The notes beneath the pieces are model-generated. The model was not told where the DNA came from. It was given only the letters and a program-made list of their open reading frames with translations, and ran no database searches. The position numbers were made by a program, and so were the translations under genes. Of a stretch of 64,000 nucleotides of DNA, positions 51,420 to 63,193 are shown piece after piece. Source of the DNA: Octopus bimaculoides (taxonomy: Eukaryota); the NCBI RefSeq assembly GCF_001194135.2, contig NC_068984.1:118454465-118518464 (forward strand), in the 5' to 3' direction. How positions within the stretch are numbered: the stretch's first letter is position 1; every line of letters starts with the position of its first letter.

Positions 51420-51886
51420 TTATCCCTTTTGTTATATTTCTGTAGAAATAGACTGCTTTTGTTTCAATTAATTTTGAAAAGAATGTAGAATTTGGTAAAA
51501 TAACTTGGCCATTATTAAACTGATATTTGGAATATAAATTAACATAAAGTTTTAATGGAAGGTTTTATTTAATCAAATTAAATCACTTTAAAACAAAGAA
51601 ATTTGTATCATACAACGAAAGGCAGCCTTGGGCAGATTAGTTTCAAATCTGTAAAGGTTTTTTTATTCTTAAACGCTTTCATTACCAAATTCCATGCCTT
51701 TGTTTCAATTAATTATTAAAATAATAAAGAATTTTATTAAAATGACTTTGTCCTTATTAAGCTGTGTTTGGAGCATAAATTAACATGAAATTTTGATGGA
51801 AGATTTTCATTTAGATCACTTAAAACAGCAAATTATAATTATAGAGCCAAGGGCAGTCTTGGACAGGTTGGTGTCAAGAGGGTTAA
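51420..51886. mobile_element. Two tandem diverged piggyBac-type family B-like MITEs (51420-51660, 51669-51886)
   Basis: Start TTAT CCCTTTTGTTA and TTAA ACGCTTTCATTA, share TTGTTTCAATTAATT…AAATTAACAT…; the second ends AAGAGGG TTAA. Confidence 0.55.
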
Positions 51887-52320
51887 CCATTTTTAGTTAG
51901 TTGGAAACATTGTGTTATTAACCATGTGGAGTACAGCTATAATCTGTAAGTTCAAGGTGTTACACAGAACAATATAAAAGAACATCCTAAATACTTTCTG
52001 TGAATCATTACTTGGATAGTATGTTATCAACAATGAACTGAACCGTATGCTGACTAATAGTTTGATACTAAACTATGTTCAGAAGATTTAATTTTTTTTT
52101 TTTTTAAGGCCAAAAAATACCCCACGTCTGAGTAATTGCTGTTTCCCTCTAAGGCCCAAATATTTCCTTCTGTTGAATATTATTCTCATGTCTGGGATGA
52201 TTTGTCTACTCCCATTACTTCCATTACTCACATTCTACAGAATTGGGTTCTCAATTTTTTTATTTTGTTCATGTCTCCCCTTCTGAATATAACTTATCTC
52301 TGAGTCCACCTGCACCCCCA

Positions 52321-52433
52321 CCCCACTGCGTGGCACCTTGGGCAAGTGTCTTCTACTGTAGCCTCGGGCCGACCAAAGCCTTGTTAGTGGATTTGGTAGA
52401 CGGAAACTGAAAGAAGCCCGTCGTATATATGTG

Positions 52434-52508
<75 letters not shown>

Positions 52509-52719
52509 TTGTGTGTCTGTGTTTGTATCTCCAACTTCGCTTGACAACTGATGCTGGTGTGTTTACGTCCCCCGTAACTTAGCGGTTCGGCAAAAAGAGA
52601 CCGATAGAATAAGTATTAGGCTTACAAAGAATAAGTCCTGGGGTCGATTTTCTCGACTAAAGGTGGTGCCCCAGCATGGCCACAGTCAAATGACTGAAAC
52701 AAGTAAAAGAGTAAAAGAG
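52321..52719 (+). mobile_element. CORE-like SINE (head R, tail A), 5' truncated, long (TG)n hinge
   Basis: Near-identical to 15709 and 51032. Confidence 0.85.
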
Positions 52720-53160
52720 AATGTCCTGATATGCATTTTTCTTTTGCTCTTTGTATGTTGCTGAATATCTCCATAAAAAATTGCTCTTTCCGAGTGATTG
52801 TCTTGTGTTTTGGGTTTTAGTAGATAGATAGTACATAAGTTATTGTATTGTTCAGTATTTATTCTGTTGATATTTGCACAAGGAATGAAATACAGGGATT
52901 CTTACAAGGTGGTCATATGTGAAGCAATTAAATTTGTGTCCCCCTTCCCCAAACGTCCCATTTTGCTCACATGAGCTCTAAATATGTGTATGAACCCCTT
53001 AGGAACGTATGGCCTCCGGTTCAGAATCAGTGTTTTATAGAACTTTAAAGAAAAAGAAAACCTGTTTCATTGACAAATGTTTATTTATTGAGATTTTCGA
53101 AATTCTGTCCCTGTTTTTATTATATCTTCTCAGTATCTACTGATAATACATGCAATGTAA

Positions 53161-53317
53161 CTGTGTGTTAAATAGTTTGCTTCCCCCCCCCCCACATGAT
53201 TCCGGGCTCAATCCCAACTGTGTGACACCTTGGGCAAGTGTCTTCTACTATAGCCTTGGGCTGAAGAAAGCCTTGTGAGTGGATTTGGTAGATGGAAACT
53301 GAGATAAGCCTGTCATA

Positions 53318-53398
<81 letters not shown>

Positions 53399-53616
53399 GT
53401 GTGTATGTCTTTGTGTCTGTTTGTCCCTTCCATCACTTGACAGCCGGTGCTGGTGTGTTTACATCTCATAACTTAGTGGTTTGGCAAAATATACTGATAG
53501 AATAAATACCAGGTTTTAAAAATATAAGTCTTGGGGTCGATATGTTCGACGAAAAATTTTTCAAGGTCGTGCCCCAGCATGGCCGCAGTCTAATGTCTGA
53601 AACAAATAAAAGATAA
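53161..53616 (+). mobile_element. CORE-like SINE (head R, tail A variant), long (TA)n hinge
   Basis: Same head and tail; tail ends GAAACAAATAAAAGATAA. Confidence 0.8.
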
Positions 53617-54454
53617 GCTTCTATCTTTCAAGTTTTCACAAACTTTATATTTTTTATATTCCCCAGAATTCTAAATGAAACATTTGTATGCAACTTCTTT
53701 TTGTCTGAGAAAGGATTAACAAGATAACAAATTCACCAAATCTATATTACATTCTCTCTGTCCATTTCTTTCTTGCCAAAAGACTTTTGTCACCAGCTGT
53801 GGAGAATATCCCACCCTCTTTGTGTATTGTGTACAATGATTACAAATACATTATGCATATGACTGGTAAAAAATGAAGGCATAGTTGTTTGTAAGAAGGA
53901 ATGAATTTCAGGTACATTTCAGCTGAATAATATTTCCATATTTACAGCAGTGAATTATACATATTTACAACAACAACAACAAAATTGTTAATTCTTGTGT
54001 TTGATTCACAATGGTAGCTACAGATAGATAATTCAGACAGGGTTGATATGGGTTAAATTAATTTTAGTCTTTGTTATATATAAATATTAATTAATATCAA
54101 TGACAATGGTAGTTGGATTGTTATTAAGTACTGCTAGATGTGTCTTTTTTTTTTTTCCTATATATCTGTTCTTTTATAAAACTGTTATTAAATTTAGAAC
54201 AATGTGCTGAAGGAAGTAAACTATATGGGACTGAACTAATAGAACTCATAATGAAGGTATTAGATAGAGTAATTATAAAGGTAGGTTAGTATTTATTTTT
54301 GTATTGCAGTATGGAACTGTCAAAGAAGTAATGTTTGGTTTAGTATAAGTAGTATATTATATTACTTAACAGAGTGGAAATAATTGCAGGTTTTTGTTTG
54401 CCTTGGTATAATAAGTGCTTAGCTGTGGTTAAAAAGTGTTAAGGCATATATTAA

Positions 54455-54685
54455 CTAACCTTTTTTTATGCTAACATATCTGAGACCATTTTTGGTTCTA
54501 TGATATAAACTTCCTGATTTAAAATGATCTAAATTAAAGCCTTCCCTCAAAATTCCTCGTCAGTTTATGTTCTAAACACCAGCTTATTTATAGCAGTTTA
54601 TTTTATTAAATTCTTCTTTATTTTCAAAAGAAACTGCAACAAAAGCAGTATATTTCAGTAGAGATTTTATAACAAAAGAGTTTAA
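54455..54685. mobile_element. Diverged piggyBac-type family B-like MITE
   Basis: CTAA CCTTTT…TAACAAAAGAGT TTAA; interior similar to 36865 and 44005. Confidence 0.5.
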
Positions 54686-56466
54686 ATTAATAAAAATTGG
54701 AGTTAAATTGATGAATTATTAAGCAATAAATTTGAGCTATTATTAAGCATTGATTAAGATTCTATCCTGTGTGCGTTAGTTATGAAATTCAACAAACTCA
54801 TTCATGCTCAGATGTTCAGAATAATTCTGTTCAGCTAACATTATTGTTATTAATGAATATATGAGAAGACTTTAGAAACCATTTTGTTGTACAGAAAGAA
54901 AACTGGAGACTAAATTAATCGAGTGAATATGACAAAGGCAAGGGTTTTAGTGAGTGACTTCAACAGATCAGAAGCGTCAAGGAGCAGGTTTCTTTAGATA
55001 TAGGAAATGTATATATATATATAAGCTCTCTGCTGTATAAACAATGCAATCAATGTGTTCCTGTAAAGTGTAGTAATATTTTTAGCAGATTGCCAAAATA
55101 GTTGCACTCTAAATGTTCACAATACACTATGCAGTAGGCAGTGAATTCAACCCATTTGTAAAGGCCATGAATTGCAATAATGTAGCTCTTTCAAGAGAAT
55201 ATTTCTTTGTTGTGCTCTTTATCTTAATCAATGCTACTGCTGAATGTAATGGTTAAGATCTATAGTGAGGATAAGATGTTTTTCAGTAACTTTTCATAAA
55301 GCGACATTTTATGTGGAAAAGGTTAAATATATGACACTTGGACCAATAGTATTACAAAATAGCAAAATGGTTGGTGAGCTGGTGTGGCTGTGTGGTAAGA
55401 AGCTTGCTTCCCAATCACATGGTTCTATGTTCAGTCCTGCTATGTGGCACCTTGGGAAAATGTCTTCTGCTATAACTCCAGGCTGAACAAAGCATTGTGA
55501 GTGTATTTGGTAGATGGAAACTGAAAAAAGTCCGTCATATATATACATATATATCTATGTGTGTGTGTGCCTTTGTGTCTGTGTTTGTTTCCCACCACCA
55601 CTTGACAACCAGTGCTGTGTGTTTACATCCCCATAACTTAGCAGTACAGCTACATACTGGAATTGAAATCAGGACCTCATGGTTGTGAAGCAAACTTTTT
55701 AACCATTCAACCATGCCTAAGTCCATTTTGATAGTCTAGAATATAGGTAGGGGTACCTTTGTAGAATCGAGGATGAGGGTGAATTGCAAAAATATAGGAA
55801 CCTAAGTGGAGTTGGGGGCATATGTGTTCTAAGAAAAATAATGAACCTTAAATTCTACAAATTCATACATTTGTAAATTTTATATTAAATTGTCATTGCT
55901 ACATGGTTTTGGGTTCAGTCCAACCATGTGGCACTTTGAACATGTCTTTCACTAAAGACCCAGGCTGACCAAAACCTTATGAGTGGATTTGATAGGCAGA
56001 AACTGAAAGAAGCCTTTAATATATATATATATATATATGATTGCATGTCTTTGTTTTGACATCATATCATCATATGATAGTTATAAGTGAGTGTTACCAT
56101 CTTACTGGCAGTATCATTTCTTTTTCTATCTTCCATGGAAACATGTTTAGTCAAGGGAGAAATATTATCTTGCTTGGAAACAGGTGAGAGTTGGCAAAAG
56201 GAAGGGCATCTAGCCTTAGAAAAATCTGCCATAGCAAATTCTGTCTGATTTTTGCAAGCATGGAAAAGGAAGACATTAAAATGATGATGGTGGTGGTGGC
56301 GGTGGCGGCGGTAACTGTTATGGTTGGCTTAAACCATTTTTTCTGGTGTTTTGAGGGATTTTAGTGGGTTGTTTCAAATGTGAGTCTGGATAAAATTTTT
56401 CCAGCAGATGAGAAAGTTTCCTCACTCCTTGTCTAAGTATATGAACTTAAAGGAAAATAGTTTTGT

Positions 56467-56688
56467 TTAACCCATTAGCATCCAGATTACTCTGTCAAAT
56501 ATAACGCTTATTTATTCACATTGTTTTGAATTAATCATGCTTTATCTAGAAGGCTTTGTGATTTCAATGATGTGATCGTTTATTTTTAAAGTGACAATGT
56601 ACGGTAGGTGTGAGAGATTGGATCTGGTCATGTAAAACAGTTAGACTGTTTTGGCTGAATATGACCAATTTAAATGCTAAAGGGTTAA
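56467..56688. mobile_element. piggyBac-type MITE, family A
   Basis: TTAA CCCATTAGCAT…ATGCTAAAGGG TTAA. Confidence 0.8.
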
Positions 56689-56859
56689 TTTGATCTGATA
56701 TAAAAGTGTACTTGTGCCTGTGTCACACTTTCAAATGAAACATTGTATTTAATGAAGTAAATTATTTTGTAACAATAGAACTTGAAGTAGAGGAAACTAT
56801 AAATAACAGCTTGTAGAATATTGGGTTAAAATACTCCTTGGATGAAAAAAATGTCAAGG

Positions 56860-56925
56860 GTTGCTCATGGGACTTGAACCCACATCTGTAAACATGAGAT
56901 GTCCTAACTATTATACCAAAGCAAC
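56860..56925 (-). pseudogene. Isolated tRNA-like sequence (66 nt), probably a pseudogene or orphan SINE head
   Basis: rc GTTGCTT…GAGCAAC 7-bp acceptor stem, A-box TGGTATAATAGTTAG, T-arm GTGGG-TTCAAGT-CCCAT. Too short, with a non-canonical anticodon arm. Confidence 0.4.
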
Positions 56926-58789
56926 ACTTTGAATTTCCTCCATCCTTTTTAGGAGCTTTGTTCTTACCAGCAAGAATTGTAAGATGTTTATAGTATAAGA
57001 ATTTAGAAACCTGGGAAAACCTGAAATAAATTATGCCTTAACAGTGGAATACAAAGTGGATAAAGCTATAAATATTAATGTGTAGAAAGTTGGGTTAAAA
57101 TAATTTACTTTTCATAATGTAAACATATTTAATATTTTACTTTAGTTGCTACTGTACTTCCAGAAGGCAGCAGTTTTGGGAAAAGCATTTAGTGCAAGAT
57201 CAAGGGAGGTGGGGAGGGGGTGGGGCATTGAGTTAAGACTTGGTAGGAGTAAGAAGAGGAAGTATGTCAGATAGGTTTGCATGGAGACGGTATACAGATA
57301 TCTAGTTTACAGGAACCATTGCTGTCTTGGTAAAATAGTCAGAGAGAGGAAACAGTATCTATGAGTTAGTAGTTGTAGCATGTTGATGAATTTTCTTTTT
57401 TTTTTTTCCAATCAATTAATTTACCAAGTATTGATATTTCACCCTACCCCATTCTTACTTGCATAGCATCATTTTTCCTAATGCCATCATCATGCGGTGT
57501 CACTTTTACAGTCGAAAAAGATATTAAATCTCTCCTGCAAGTTTTAAATATCTTAAATATGTTGTCTTCTTACTCGTTTTTTTCTGTAACCTGAATCAAC
57601 CTTTTCATTTGTACTGAATCTCTTATAGTCCTCCCCCTCCTAGTGCTGACTTGGCTTCTCTAAATTGCAATTTTTGGAAAGGTGTCAGCTGAAGATAGTT
57701 TTCTTTACAAAATGTTAGTTTTGGTTTTTAATTTTGTACGGAGACACTCCTCTGCACAAAGATTGATCTAACTCAATAGAGTTTGTAGTGCAGAGAAAAT
57801 CTTTTTGTTCACAACTAAGACATCCTTGTCTCGCCTAAACATAAGCAACAATAAAAGAGTTAATTAGTTTTAGTTCTTTGTAGTGTTTATTATCTTCAAT
57901 GTGTCATTGACATTACTCGTTGAGGTTTATCTTAAGATAACTAATTTGGTATGGATTATCTTTACTAACTTGTAGGTAACCAGTTGTTCAACTCCTGTTT
58001 TGAATGTCATGATATGTATTATTCAACTATTGTGCTTTATATTTATTGTGCTATTTTTATTTAAACACAAAAATAGCTCTCTGGGTACCTATCAACTGAT
58101 CATTTTAAGGTCAGGTATTATGAAAGTGCTATCATTTCATTTATTTTCAAACTAGCTACCTTTGTCTTTCAAAGAACAGGATTTGTTTCAGATCAGCTTG
58201 AGATCTTTACTTCTCAACCATGTGGTTTTGGGTTTAATCTTACTGTGTGGCACTTTGACCAAGTGTCCTCTACCATAACTCTACTTTGGTCAAAGCCTTG
58301 TGAGTGGATTTGGAAGACGGAATCTAAAAGAAGCCCAACATATGTGTATGTATGAGTACACATGTATGTTTGTGTCTTCTAATGATATCGTGTTATAGTT
58401 GTAAAGAGTATCACTTTCATAGAATCAATGTCATTCATTTTAATATTCTGTGAAAATATGTTTGACCAAAGGAAATATCTTGCTTGGAAACAGATGGGAG
58501 CTGGTAGTGAGAAGGGCATCTGGCCATAGAAAATTTGTTTCAATAAACTCTGTCCGACCTATACATCATCATCATCTTCATTGTTGTTCAACGTTCGCCT
58601 TCCATGTTAGCATCCTCGAAAAGCAGACATTAAAATAATAATTGTGATATGTTTACTATTTGGTTTGCAATATTTTCTGTTATTTTGAATTTTAATATAA
58701 ATTACTGACTTTTCTTTTTTGTCTTTTGCAAAGTAAATCTTGTATCTGTGCTCTTTTCTTTATACTATCTTTTTTTTTTGTTTTGTTTT

Positions 58790-59640
58790 TTTGTAGTTTC
58801 CTCACAGATCTCTCTAGAATAGCTTATGTTGCCAGAACTATCTCTAACCCACATTCCATAAACCCTTTTGCAAACCAGCCACATGCAGTTCAAATACTCT
58901 ACCTGTTTTATGTTCAAACCAGCCAGGTCTGGCCTCTCACACCTTCTCTATAATGTCATTCCAGATATAATCAAGCAGATCATCAAAATCTCGAAACTCT
59001 GAGATAATACATGAATAATTCAAAACAATGTGAATAAATAAGTATTACTACATTTGATAAAGTAATCCAAATGCTAAAGGGTTAAGGCTGGCGTATCCCA
59101 AGTTTCAGTTACGCACCCTCACCTTTTTTTCTCTACATTAATAATGATCTACAAGCTATCATGTCTAACAAACAACACAGACTTATGCAGATGACATAAC
59201 TATTTTCTGGGGGGTTTTTTTTTTTGGGTTTTTTTTTTACCTCTTGGATGCAGCCATCATTCACACACATCTTAAATATTCATTATTAAAATTTCTTTGA
59301 AAATATCCTTCAGCTGGAACATGACAACCTAGTCCCTTTCAACAGCACAAAGACATAATCCCTACCTATATTAAGGAAATGAAAAATTATTTCAATAATT
59401 GTCTTACACCCTCTCTATACATAAACCACAAATAAAATCCTCAAAGCTACCAAGACATTGCATGATTTCTCACATTGACGAAAATTGCATCCCGAAGATT
59501 AGATTAGAGACAATAAGTACTTCAGTCCTGATCAATTTCTTACTTTATACAAAGCATAAACATACTGGAAGTATGGTTAATATGTGTAGAACAGTGCTAC
59601 TGCTACACACACACAATATCTATTCAGCTGATTGGCAAAC
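58790..59640 (+). mobile_element. Old CR1/L2-group LINE reverse-transcriptase remnant, split by a MITE
   Basis: SFLTD…SNPHSI | KAGVSQVSV, LYINNDL, YADDITIF, NLVPFNSTKT, KYFSPDQFLTLYKA*, with frameshifts. Confidence 0.65.
58859..59085. mobile_element. piggyBac-type MITE, family A (opposite orientation)
   Basis: TAAA CCCTTTTGCA…ATGCTAAAGGG TTAA; interior is the reverse complement of the 21138 and 56467 copies. Confidence 0.75.
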
Positions 59641-59797
59641 ATTCACTCATTAGTATGCCTCTAACAGAAGCTCACAAATACTTGTACAACAATTACAAAG
59701 GCCTTTGTTCCTCTGAACTAGCTAGTTAAATTCCCTTTCCACCCAGACCCATCTGAAACATCTGTCTCTTCTCACTCCTATTGTGTTTCACTCACTG

Positions 59798-59800
<3 letters not shown>

Positions 59801-59842
<42 letters not shown>
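59801..59842. repeat. T42 homopolymer
   Basis: Directly visible. Confidence 0.95.
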
Positions 59843-59844
<2 letters not shown>

Positions 59845-60911
59845 ACTGAACTGTTTTTTTCAGTCCTTCCTGCCTAGAATTTCTGCATTGTAGAAATCCT
59901 TTCCTGCCCACATTTTTTCCTGTAGACACTAGTGTGTAGGTGTTAAAAAATGGAATAACAACCAACCACATAAATCTCACATGTCTGGGGAGGGTTTTCT
60001 TCTAACCCGAAAGTTAGGTTGAAGATAACTTGGAGAGAGATCGCAATAATCTTAAGGACGTTAGGCATAACAGAAGACAGACTAGCAAAGTAAAAGAATA
60101 AAGAAAGTATCTAGAACAGAGAATATTCAATGTGAATAATGTTGATGACAGATGCAGATATTATTGATTATACTTCCTTCTATATCTTCACATCATTAAG
60201 ATATATATATATAAAATGTTTAGTTGAATGATCAGAATAGAATTCAATACATGAGTGTGTGTGTGTGTGTGTGTGTGTATAGATATATATATATATATAT
60301 GTTGTGAGATTGATTGTAAGATTGATTGTGATAGAGCAGTTGGTTATCCTGTTGCATAAGCTGGCTTGTATACAAAGCAGGAAGCCAAACAATAATCAAT
60401 AGTAAAGTTAAATAATTTTTGTACCAAATACTCTTCATCCCATATCAAAATTATAAAGTAAACTTGATTAGATGACAAGTGCTATACAACTCCAGTATGA
60501 AAACAGCTTACATTGCTTAATAAGCAATAATTGAATAACCGAATGAAAAGGAAGGAAGAAGCAGTTATGCACTACATGTGTTTCAAAAATGTGTGGCATC
60601 TGTGATATAAGATATTAAAATTGTTACATAATTTTACCATACACTTTATCTTCAGGTGCATCTTCCTTGTCTTGTAATGTCATCTGTCATCCCAAGTTGT
60701 TGGGGGACAACACAGAATGATGATGCACCTGAAAATATGCAAACGTTTTAATGTTTCATAATATGAATCCCATATATTTTTGAAACATATGCAGTGTATA
60801 ACTGCGTCTTCCTCTCCTTTCATTCACTGACAGCTATGCAACATTGCAATAATCCTTATTATTATTATTGTTGATATATATACATATATGTATATATATA
60901 TATATATGTAT

Positions 60912-61336
60912 ATGCGTCTCTTTCATTGGACACGAAACTCAGCTTGCGAAGACTTATTGGAGCAAGCGAAAGCGAAATTGGGATGGCACCAGTGCCCAGC
61001 ATCGCCTTTCTGGCACTTGTGCCCATGACATGTGTAAGGATTTTCGAGCGAGATCGTTGCCAGTGCTGCTGGACTGGCTCTTGTGCAGGTGGCACATAAA
61101 ATACACCATTTTGAGCGTGGCCGTTGCCAGTACCGCCTGACTGACCTTCGTGCGGGTGACACGTAAAAGCACCCACTACACTCTCTGAGTGGTTGGCGTT
61201 AGGAAGGGCATCCAACTGTAGAAACTCTGCCAAATCAGACTGAAGCCTGGTGTTGCCATCTGGTTTCACCAGTCCTCAGTCAAATCGTCCAACCCATGTT
61301 AGCATGGAAAGTGGACGTTAATCGATGATGATGATG
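60912..61336 (+). mobile_element. SINE tail C module with internal ~60-bp subrepeats, ending (GAT)n
   Basis: CGTTGCCAGT…GACTGGC…CAC.TAAAA.CACC twice, GGAAGGGCATCCA.CTGTAGAAAC, GGACGTTAA.CGATGATGATG. Confidence 0.8.
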
Positions 61337-62470
61337 TATATATAAAAAGAATGAGATAAAGAGACCAATGGCATAAGTAAAATTATATTTTATGTAGAAT
61401 GTCTTACAGCTGTTTCAGGGAAAATTCAATGTATCCCTTCATCAGAGATGGTAATAGTAGAAGATAAGGATTATTACATCTGTATGAGTAGATTTGCAGT
61501 AAGAAATGTGAGCGATGCAGTGAAGAAAAAAACAAAGAAGAAAAAGTACTTGGAGTATAGTTCCATTCCAACAGTAAATATCCATGTATAGAATCCGTGT
61601 GGTATTATGCTGTATGGAAGCCAGTGTATTTGTCTGTACAATTAGTTCTTTCATTTATTACTGAAGAGTTTGGTGTCTTAAGCTCACAACTGCTCCACCA
61701 TTGTTCCTTTATAGTTAATATTTTTTTTTGTTTTTGCTGCTGTTTGTCCAGGTTGCTTTGATAGAGCAGACAGACTTATCATCAAGGTGTTTCACCCATA
61801 TCCATCCCATCTTTTATTCAGACAGTGTATCTAGGACGATGTGCTATCCAATGTGTCCTTCCTTTTTATTTAAGCTGTAGGATCTGATTTGAGAAACAGT
61901 CATCTGCTATTTCTAGCAAGGTGAACATACATCATTGATTGATTTTGTATTTCTGTTTAGAAAAAGCAGTCGGCTTCAGTTGTTTTAGTGATTGCAATAG
62001 ATGTAGTTAATTAGTTAATTACTAATGGTTTATGAAGGATGTCATTGTCCAGTTGAGGATAGAAGTAGTGGAGCTTTTTTTCTTCTTTTTGTTTTTGTTT
62101 TGTTTTGTTTTATTTTTTTTTTGTACATTTCAAATGAATAATGTGTGGAATTCAAAAGAAATGCTGGTGAAACTAGGTGGTATTGTTATTGTGTTGCTGG
62201 ATGACCACTAGATATTGGTATTTTAAATGTGATCAGTGACTGAATAATAGAAAAAAAAACCCATCAAAACTCTGCAATTGTTTGTAATGATTCTTGGTTC
62301 TTTATGCCCATTGTATTCATATTTTGCATTCTCCGTGTCAGCCAATTCATATGAAACAATTTACGTGTGGGTAACATGAATGCATTATCAAAAATATATT
62401 TCTCTATTTTATTTATTTTTTTGTTTGTTAATTTCCACTTTTGTTTTTGTTGTTTTTATGTATGGTATGT

Positions 62471-62501
<31 letters not shown>

Positions 62502-62517
62502 TTTTTCTCTATTGCAG

Positions 62518-62590
62518 AAGTGTCTGAGGGGAGAGAAACGTTAACTGAAGGAAGGCATGAGTTCAATTTTGCTTTTGATCTCCCAATGGG
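62518..62590 (+). CDS. Alpha-arrestin gene, second coding exon (73 nt)
   Basis: T-rich tract plus TTGCAG acceptor ending 62517. Leftover G of exon 1 + AA gives GAA, then VSEGRETLTEGRHEFNFAFDLPM(G), matching the arrestin-N motif L..G.H.F.F.F.LP. Donor GG|GTAAAT at 62591, phase 2. Confidence 0.85.
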
Positions 62591-62875
62591 GTAAATTTTC
62601 TGTAAATTATTATGATTATATAAATATATGTTTTGTTAAAAAAAATTTAAAANNNNNNNNNNAAAAAAAAAAAAAAAAAAGTCAAATAACTTTACAAAAT
62701 TTAATTTTATTCTGCTTTTATCAAAACTTTGAAAATATTTCTAAAATTCTAACAACTTAAATTTTGAAAATCTTATTTGGAAAATGACCTGGTCTTGGAT
62801 TGTATGCTGAAACTGAATTAGTTACATTGTGAAAGAGTTATTTTGATTGTTCCTAAATAGCTCTTCTGTAATGGC

Positions 62876-62962
62876 TTAACCCTTCATCAGTCAGATTACT
62901 CTGCCAAATGTAATACTTATTTATTCACACTGCTTTGAATTAATCATAGATTATCTCGTAGC
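62876..62962. mobile_element. Truncated family A piggyBac-type MITE, interrupted by a SINE
   Basis: TTAA CCCTTCATCA..CAGATTACTCTG.CAAATGTAATACTTATTTATTCAC matches the family A left end. Confidence 0.6.
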
Positions 62963-63193
62963 GAGCAAGCTGGCAGAAACGTTAGCACGCCGGGCGAAAT
63001 GCTTAGTGGTATTTCGTCTGACGTTACGTTCTGAGTTCAAATTCCGCTGAGGTTGACTTTCCCTTTCATCCTTTCGGGGTCGATAAATTAAATACCAGTT
63101 ATGCACTGGGGATCGATGTAATCGACTTAATCCCTTTGTCTGTTCTTGTTTGTCCCCTCTATGTTTAGCCCTTTGTGGGCAGTAAAGAAATAA
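62961..63193 (+). mobile_element. tRNA-headed SINE family S, full length
   Basis: Near-identical to 28188-28420. Confidence 0.85.

Larger units (their letters stand above)
23238..62517 (+). other. 39,280-nt GT-AG intron of the alpha-arrestin gene
   Basis: GTATGT start, TTGCAG end; splice phases match and give a continuous arrestin-N sequence. Confidence 0.8.

Noticed and set aside
60865-61269. Near-identical ORFs MK.DGNTRLQSDLAEFLQLDALPNANHSES (also 33614-33838)
   Set aside because: Antisense reading of SINE tail C; similarity reflects young repeat copies.
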